Assembly (NCBI RefSeq): GCF_035285525.1
Contig: NZ_JAYKGW010000139.1
Span: 1-6,421 of the forward strand
DNA: 6,421 nt
Direction of reading: 5' to 3'
Origin: Okeania sp.
GTDB lineage: Bacteria > Cyanobacteriota > Cyanobacteriia > Cyanobacteriales > Microcoleaceae
The position numbers and the translations under genes are program-made. Numbering within the stretch: the first letter of the stretch is position 1; every line of letters begins with the position of its first letter. The notes below the pieces were generated by a model that ran no database searches, had not been told where the DNA came from, and saw only the letters and a program-made list of their open reading frames with translations. This document shows, piece by piece, positions 1 through 5,200 of this stretch.

Positions 1-124
1 ATTAATTTTTTATCTAAGAGTTCAATGCTCAACCCAAAATTAAGTAAACCCGCCCCTGAAAATTAATTTTTTATCTAAGAGTTCAATGCTCAACCCAAAA
101 TTAAGTAAACCCGCCCCTGAAAAT
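1..124. repeat. Perfect 61-bp tandem duplication (1-63 identical to 62-124), abutting the window edge
   Basis: Read directly: attaattttttatctaagagttcaatgctcaacccaaaattaagtaaacccgcccctgaaa occurs at 1-61 and 62-122, and the next 2 nt also match. Each copy carries the ATG (25-27 and 86-88) and an AAACCCGCCCC half-site (46-56 and 107-117). More copies may lie upstream of the window. Confidence 0.95.
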
Positions 125-1690
125 CACAGAAAATCTCCTCAATCTGTTAACATACTTAAAAAACCCCATTATCCTAAAACCAGAAAAACTCCACAAATTA
201 GTTCTATTGACAAACCTAGGAGAGGTCAAAGAGAAGAATCATTTAACTGGCAAGAATTTTTATGGAAAGTGCAATCTTTACCTTGGCGCAAATGGATAAT
301 TGAATGGATAGGAATTACTTTGTTATTTGGTGGCTCTAGTTTAATGGCCGTGGGAGCATGGCTCAGTGTTAAGTTAATTTCCGATCCAAACGCGATAGTT
401 TCATTCAATCAAGTCTTACCAGGATGGACTAAATTTTACATATCAGGAAATAAGTCTTTAAAGACTTTGGAGCAAATTAAATCTAGTATAAAAGATGAAG
501 GGTTTAGCAGTGAAAAAATTTTTCCTCTTCCTAATACAAAAACAGATTCTGGTTCAGATTTATTAGTGCCAGTAATGCAGGAAATTGCATCTAGAGGTTC
601 GTTACCCTGTGAAACTCCTTGTCGAGAAGTGTTAGAGTTGCGGGTTTATGAGTCAGTTTTATCTATTAATCAACGAGAAGGCAGTCAACCATATTTTCGA
701 TTAGCTAATACTTTACCACTCAAAGGTCCAGCCGAATCTTTTGTTATTGCATCTACTATTGATGCCGATCGGGGTTCAAATCAACCTTTACCTCTGACAG
801 GTGTAAGTCAGTTTCAAGGGAAAGTTCCGAAAGCAGGAGTTTGGTTTACTGTCAGTGGTCAGAGATTACAAAATAATAAAGCTATTTTTTATGGGGAAAT
901 TGTGAATTATAATCCTCGTAAAAATTATTTAAGTTCCATGTTGAGATGGAAAAGTGCTGCTGGTCAAGCTCCGATCTGGCAGGAAATGACTGGAGGCGGA
1001 GATCCAGAGTTATTAATAGAGCAAACTGTGGGACTAGATCCTGATTTTGATATTTATTGGATTCAACCAAGAAAGTTTATACTTAATCCGATTAAATTGG
1101 AAGAAATTTCCCTGAGTGAAACTCCCATTGAAAAAAAGTCTTATCAAGATATTTTAAGGTTAGCTCGTAGTGGTTTATGGTCTCCTGCTTTGGCTTTAAT
1201 GAAACCTTTGCGAGCAAATTTAATGGATAAATCTCAATGGTCGGAAAAAGCCGAAGCTCAGTTTAATTTAATTAAGTTTCATGCCAAGATTACAGAAGCT
1301 CAAGCGATCGCTTCTTGGGCAAGTCCAAGTCAAAAAGTTTTAGCTGGTTTGATAGATGGCCGTTGGCAAGAAAGTCTAGATGTGTTTGAAAATAATTTGA
1401 GTAGCACTTATGATATCGTTAAGTTACTAGAAAATGATACTGGCCGTCTCACCAACCGAGTTGATGCCACTTTAAGAGTAGATCGAACTGAAGTTAATGC
1501 TTTAGCTTGGGGTGCTTTAATTTTGGCAAGTCAAAAAGGACGAAGAAGAGCAGTGTCATGGTTGAATAGACAACCTCAAACTAAAAAGGAGACAAAGGAG
1601 AAGGTTGGGAAATTATTGGATCAACTTGATGCTGCTGTGGCTGAAAATCAGACTATACAAAAACAAAAAACTGAGCGAAGTTTAAGATAA
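86..1690 (+). CDS. Uncharacterised membrane-anchored protein, 534 aa: basic K/R/P-rich N-terminus, one TM helix, large probably extracytoplasmic domain, helical K/Q-rich C-terminus
   Basis: A 1605-nt open frame is very unlikely by chance in such AT-rich DNA. ATG 86 is the first ATG after the in-frame stop at 41-43, and a weak SD-like AAGAG lies at 77-81. The hydrophobic segment spans aa 75-95, and the positive charge N-terminal to it suggests an N-in orientation. I do not recognise a named family. Confidence 0.85.
   Translation: MLNPKLSKPAPENHRKSPQSVNILKKPHYPKTRKTPQISSIDKPRRGQREESFNWQEFLWKVQSLPWRKWIIEWIGITLLFGGSSLMAVGAWLSVKLISDPNAIVSFNQVLPGWTKFYISGNKSLKTLEQIKSSIKDEGFSSEKIFPLPNTKTDSGSDLLVPVMQEIASRGSLPCETPCREVLELRVYESVLSINQREGSQPYFRLANTLPLKGPAESFVIASTIDADRGSNQPLPLTGVSQFQGKVPKAGVWFTVSGQRLQNNKAIFYGEIVNYNPRKNYLSSMLRWKSAAGQAPIWQEMTGGGDPELLIEQTVGLDPDFDIYWIQPRKFILNPIKLEEISLSETPIEKKSYQDILRLARSGLWSPALALMKPLRANLMDKSQWSEKAEAQFNLIKFHAKITEAQAIASWASPSQKVLAGLIDGRWQESLDVFENNLSSTYDIVKLLENDTGRLTNRVDATLRVDRTEVNALAWGALILASQKGRRRAVSWLNRQPQTKKETKEKVGKLLDQLDAAVAENQTIQKQKTERSLR
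308..370 (+). other. Predicted transmembrane helix of the 86..1690 protein (aa 75-95, IGITLLFGGSSLMAVGAWLSV)
   Basis: A 21-residue hydrophobic stretch, preceded by WRKW and a region of about 70 aa rich in K/R/P. The protein's only two cysteines (C175 at 608-610, C179 at 620-622, CETPC) lie after the helix. Confidence 0.7.
1304..1311. repeat. HIP1 octamer GCGATCGC
   Basis: Exact match to the highly iterated palindrome typical of cyanobacterial genomes, located inside the CDS. Confidence 0.9.
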
Positions 1691-1704
1691 AATGGTTGAG
1701 TATC

Positions 1705-1770
1705 GTAGGGGCGGGTTTTCACAGAGAGAGATTTCCCTAGTTCACCTCAGATTTACCTAAACCCGCCCTC
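1705..1770. repeat. Palindromic REP/MITE-like element (GGGGCGGGTTT arms, 40-nt core); possible terminator or 3'-end stabiliser for the 86..1690 gene
   Basis: Left arm GGGGCGGGTTT is at 1708-1718 and right arm AAACCCGCCC at 1759-1768, giving a 10-bp perfect GC-rich stem. The element starts 18 nt after the stop codon (1688-1690) and is followed by T-rich tcttttct (1769-1776). The 40-nt loop is long for a classical intrinsic terminator. Confidence 0.7.
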
Positions 1771-1816
1771 TTTTCTACAACATCAAAATATGTTATTGGC
1801 AGGTTACTCTATGGTG

Positions 1817-1830
1817 GGGGGTGGGTTTAG
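1817..1830. repeat. Degenerate solo left arm (GGGGGTGGGTTTAG)
   Basis: One mismatch (C to T) relative to the GGGGGCGGGTTTAG that starts each array unit. It lies 6 nt upstream of the first unit and has no matching right arm. Confidence 0.6.
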
Positions 1831-1836
1831 TTATGT

Positions 1837-1896
1837 GGGGGCGGGTTTAGCTGACTCTATGTCAAAACTTGTTAACTTAAGGTGGAAACCCGACCC
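1837..1896. repeat. Palindromic element, array copy A (right arm decayed)
   Basis: Left arm GGGGGCGGGTTT is at 1837-1848. Right arm AAACCCGACCC is at 1886-1896, and the A at 1893 breaks the stem. The core is 37 nt: agctgactctatgtcaaaacttgttaacttaaggtgg. Confidence 0.85.
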
Positions 1897-2016
1897 TACA
1901 ATAGTTGATTATATTAAATCCGGTAGGTAACATCAGTAAAATTAAAGAACCTAGGAGTTTTGTCTCCAAACCCTCTACAAAGCAAGCGGGTTCGACACTA
2001 TATCATTATATCATTA

Positions 2017-2076
2017 GGGGGCGGGTTTAGCTGACTCTATGTGAAAACTCGTTAACTTAAGGTGGAAACCCGCCCC
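2017..2076. repeat. Palindromic element, array copy B
   Basis: Left arm GGGGGCGGGTTT is at 2017-2028 and right arm AAACCCGCCCC at 2066-2076, with a 37-nt core. It is flanked by TA...TAC, so the full inverted repeat is about TAGGGG(G)CGGGTTT. Confidence 0.9.
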
Positions 2077-2184
2077 TACAATGGTGGATTATGTTAAATC
2101 CGGTAGCATCATTAAAATTAAAGAATCTAGGGGTTTGGTCTCCCAACCCTCTACAAAGCAAGCGGGTTCGACACTATATCATTA

Positions 2185-2244
2185 GGGGGCGGGTTTAGCT
2201 GACTCTATGTCAAAACTCGTTAACTTAAGATGGAAACCCGCCCC
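2185..2244. repeat. Palindromic element, array copy C; lies 40 nt downstream of the stop of the minus-strand gene
   Basis: Left arm GGGGGCGGGTTT is at 2185-2196 and right arm AAACCCGCCCC at 2234-2244. On the minus strand it is the first strong hairpin after the TAG at 2287-2289, but no U-run follows it on that strand. Confidence 0.9.
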
Positions 2245-2286
2245 TACTATTTTAATTGATAATGAATCTATTTATCTTTAGTTGAA

Positions 2287-5200
2287 CTATTCACAAACTT
2301 CTAAATTTTTCTTCACATCTGGATGAGTAACAAAATAATCTTTAAGCCAATCACAAGAACTTTTTAATAGATCATTTAACCCTTTCACCTGCCATAACTG
2401 TAAATCATTATCTACCAAAGTTGCTACATATTTACCATCCAAACTTAAACCCTTAGAATTTTCAAATTGAGCTATTTGTCGCCCAGTCAGATCCCAAACC
2501 TTTACCATACCATCTTTTCCCATACTAATCACCTGTTCCCTATCAGCACTAAAAATCACATTTTCTACACTACCAATATGCCCTTTTATCTCAGTAATTT
2601 GATTGCCGGAAAAATCCCATATTTTCACCATCCCATCACTATCTCCCGTAGCGACATAATCTCCTGATGAACTAAAACCAATACTTTCCATCCAACTAGA
2701 AACAATTTTTAACTCCAAGACAAGCTGCAAAGAACTATCAAAAATTTTTCCAATACCATCCTCTCCAGCAGTACCAATATATTTTCCATTCGGACTAAAA
2801 CTTATATCCAAAACTCGCCCATTATTACTTTCTAACTCAGCTAACTGCTGACCAGAATTATTCCATATCCGAGCAACACCATCTGCTCCCACCGTTGCTA
2901 AACGTTTTCCATCAGGACTAAAACTAATCTCTTTTTCCCTACCCTCTTCACCCTCTAACTCTATTAACTCCTCTCCCGAAACCTGCCAAATTTTTGCTTG
3001 ACCATTATCTCCAGCAGTTGCCAGACGTTGACCGTCTGGACTAAAATTCAGATCACCAAACATACCTGAATATCCATTTAATTGAGCTAAAGGGTTTCCT
3101 GAAATATCCCAGATACGGGCACTACCATCAACTCCCGCTGTTGCTAACCTCTGATGATTCGGACTGAAACTTACTGTCTCAAAAATATCAGAGTTTCCGG
3201 GAATTTTGACCTCGCCATTACCTTCTAATTCCCAAATCCTACCAGTACCATCTTCTCCTAAAGTTAATAATAATTCTCCATCAGAACTAAAGTTAAGTTC
3301 CAAAACTCGGCCATTATGTCCTTTAAGAGTAGTTAACAAATTACCATTACTGTTCCAAATTTTCACAATACCATCACTACCTGCTGTAGCTAGACGTTGA
3401 CCATTGGGACTAAAATTAACACTGGTGATAATTCCTTGATGTCCAGGAAGTTTCCCTAATAGTTGGCCAGAAACATCCCAAATCTTTCCTGCTCCATCTT
3501 CTCCGGCTGCAACTAACCTTTTACTATCGGGACTAAAGCTAAGATTCGAGACTTTACCTTTAAGTCTGGCATATAGTTGACCAGTACGACGCCACCAAAT
3601 TCTAATAGTGCCATCCCATCCAGCGGTAGCTAGGAGTCTACTATCTGGGCTAAATACTACTTTTTCGACACTACCTTTATGTCCTCTAAGCATAGCTAAC
3701 TGTCTACCTATTCGATTCCAAATTATGACAGTACCATCCCATCCAGCGGTGGCTAAATATTTTCCATCAGGACTGAATTTAATATCTAAGATGCGCTCTT
3801 GATGTTTGGTAAGAGTGGCTATTTTCTGGCCAGAGATATCCCAAATTATGGCAGTGCTGTCTTCTCCAGCAGTGGCTAGGAGTTGACCATCTGGACTGAA
3901 GGCGATTTGCCAAATTTTGCCTTGATGGCCTCTGAGTTCTACTCGCTGTTTGCCCTGAAAATCCCATATTCTGACTGTTCCGTCTTCTGCTGCTGTGGCG
4001 AGGAGGTTGTCTTTTGGGGAAAATTTAATGTGGGAGATTTTGCCTTGATGTCCTCTCAACTGAGAAATAGCTTGACCTGAGAATTTCAGGATTTTAGCTA
4101 TACCATCATTGCTGACTGTGGCTAATAGTTGATTGTTAGGACTCATGGAAATTTTTTTAATGTTAGGAATTTGGTTTTTTTCGTGAATATTATTGAGGAT
4201 TTGTTGTAGGGCAAATATGGGTGTTGTGGCTGGGTAATAGTGGAGGGAGCGACGGTCTTTGACTAATTTTTGGAGTTCTTTTCCTGTTTGGATTGCTGAT
4301 AGTAATGCTTCTATTTCTGCAAATTCAAATTGTTTGAGGGAGTTGATTCCTTGGCGTTCTAATTGTATTCCTAGTTGGGTTTCTTGGAGTTGATATGTGG
4401 TTTGTTGAAGTTGGTTTTGTTTATCTCTGAAAAGTTTGGTTGCCCAGGTGAGGCTGATTATGGCTACTACTGATAATAGGGTTAATCCTGCTACTCCTAT
4501 TTTTAGTTTATTGTTTGGTGAATTTTTACTTTTTTTCTGATTTGTTTGATTATGATGATGACTAATTTTTGATTTTGGTGTTTCTAGTTGTTTATGTTGT
4601 ACTTGAATTACATTATTATGATTAATTTCATCATTTTCTTGATTTGGTAATTTAGAAATATTTGGTTCTGGTTGAAGGTTGGTTGTTTTAGTGTTTAACT
4701 GATTTATATTGAATGGATTTTCTGGTTGTGTTGATTGTGGCTGAATTAGATTATGATTAGGATTTTTGTAATTTTCCTGATTTGGCAAGTTAGGGATATT
4801 TGCTCCTAGTTGGAAGTTTGTTGTCTGAGTGTTGAATTGATTTAAGTTTAATGGATTTCCTACTATTTTTTCTTCTGGATTAATGGCAACATGACTGTTA
4901 TTTTTCTGGTTGTGTTGAATTTCCGAATTAGATATATCTGGTTCTACTTGTCTGGTTTTTGTCTGATTTTGCGAATCATTTAATTCTAATTGTTCTTGAT
5001 TTATAGAAGCAGGCTGAGGGATTTGTGCTAGATATTTTTCTAGCCATTCTTGATTAAAAATTTCTGCATAAATAGGACTATATATTTCTAAAAATCCTCG
5101 ATTAATTTTGGCGATACCAGACCTTAATAGTTCTTTGATTTCCCATTTATGATTAGCGATCGCATCGTTTTTAAATCTTTGATTATTTTGACCGGGTGGT

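Larger units (their letters stand above)
1837..2247. repeat. Tandem array of a 168-180-bp unit (2.4 copies): palindromic element plus a conserved AT-rich segment of 108-120 nt
   Basis: Units start at 1837, 2017 and 2185. Hand alignment of unit A (1837-2016) against unit B (2017-2184) gives 11 substitutions over 168 aligned positions plus two indels. The indels are a 4-nt gtaa and an 8-nt tandem duplication, tatcatta at 2001-2008 and 2009-2016. Partial unit C (2185-2247) differs from B at 2 of 63 positions. Confidence 0.95.

Noticed and set aside
226-408. 60-aa minus-strand ORF inside the 86..1690 gene; the same applies to the 62-aa ORF at 882..1070
   Set aside because: Both are short shadow ORFs antisense to a long, well-supported CDS. 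They have no distinctive motifs and are low-complexity translations typical of AT-rich antisense frames.
1918-1924. DIF-like heterocyst promoter motif (TCCGGA) as in NsiR1-type tandem sRNA arrays: TCCGGT at 1919-1924 and 2099-2104, and also at 6242-6247
   Set aside because: There is one mismatch to the palindromic motif, and no TAnnnT -10 box lies at the expected spacing of about 17 nt in any copy. It is mentioned only as something TSS mapping would settle.
1811-1930. 39-codon ORF running through array copy A (MVGGGFSYVGAGLADSMSKLVNLRWKPDPTIVDYIKSGR)
   Set aside because: In copy B the corresponding frame is closed by TGA at 2042-2044, where copy A has TCA at 1862-1864. The reading frame is therefore not conserved between copies.
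1985-1998. tRNA T-arm-like GCGGGTTCGACAC, repeated at 2162-2175
   Set aside because: The sequence after TTCGA cannot pair with GCGGG to close a T-stem. No acceptor or anticodon arms can be drawn, so this is a chance resemblance.
1837-2184. DGR-like template/variable repeat pair, because several A-to-N differences separate copies A and B
   Set aside because: Only 5 of the 11 substitutions involve adenine in copy A; the rest are c/g, t/c, t/g, g/t and c/t. Neither copy lies in the 3' end of a CDS, and there is no reverse transcriptase in the window.
1837-2247. CRISPR-like repeat-spacer organisation (60-bp palindromic repeat plus an interval of about 110 bp)
   Set aside because: The intervals between hairpins are copies of each other (11 substitutions over the 168 aligned positions of whole units A and B) rather than unique spacers, and the repeat is far too long.
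2467-4080. Five short ORFs overlapping the WD40 gene: 2467..2667 +, 3206..3400 +, 3608..3802 +, 3883..4080 + and 3779..3967 -
   Set aside because: All lie within the 3876-nt CDS, either antisense or out of frame. Their repetitive P/S/L-rich translations simply mirror the 123-nt WD40 periodicity on the other strand or frame.
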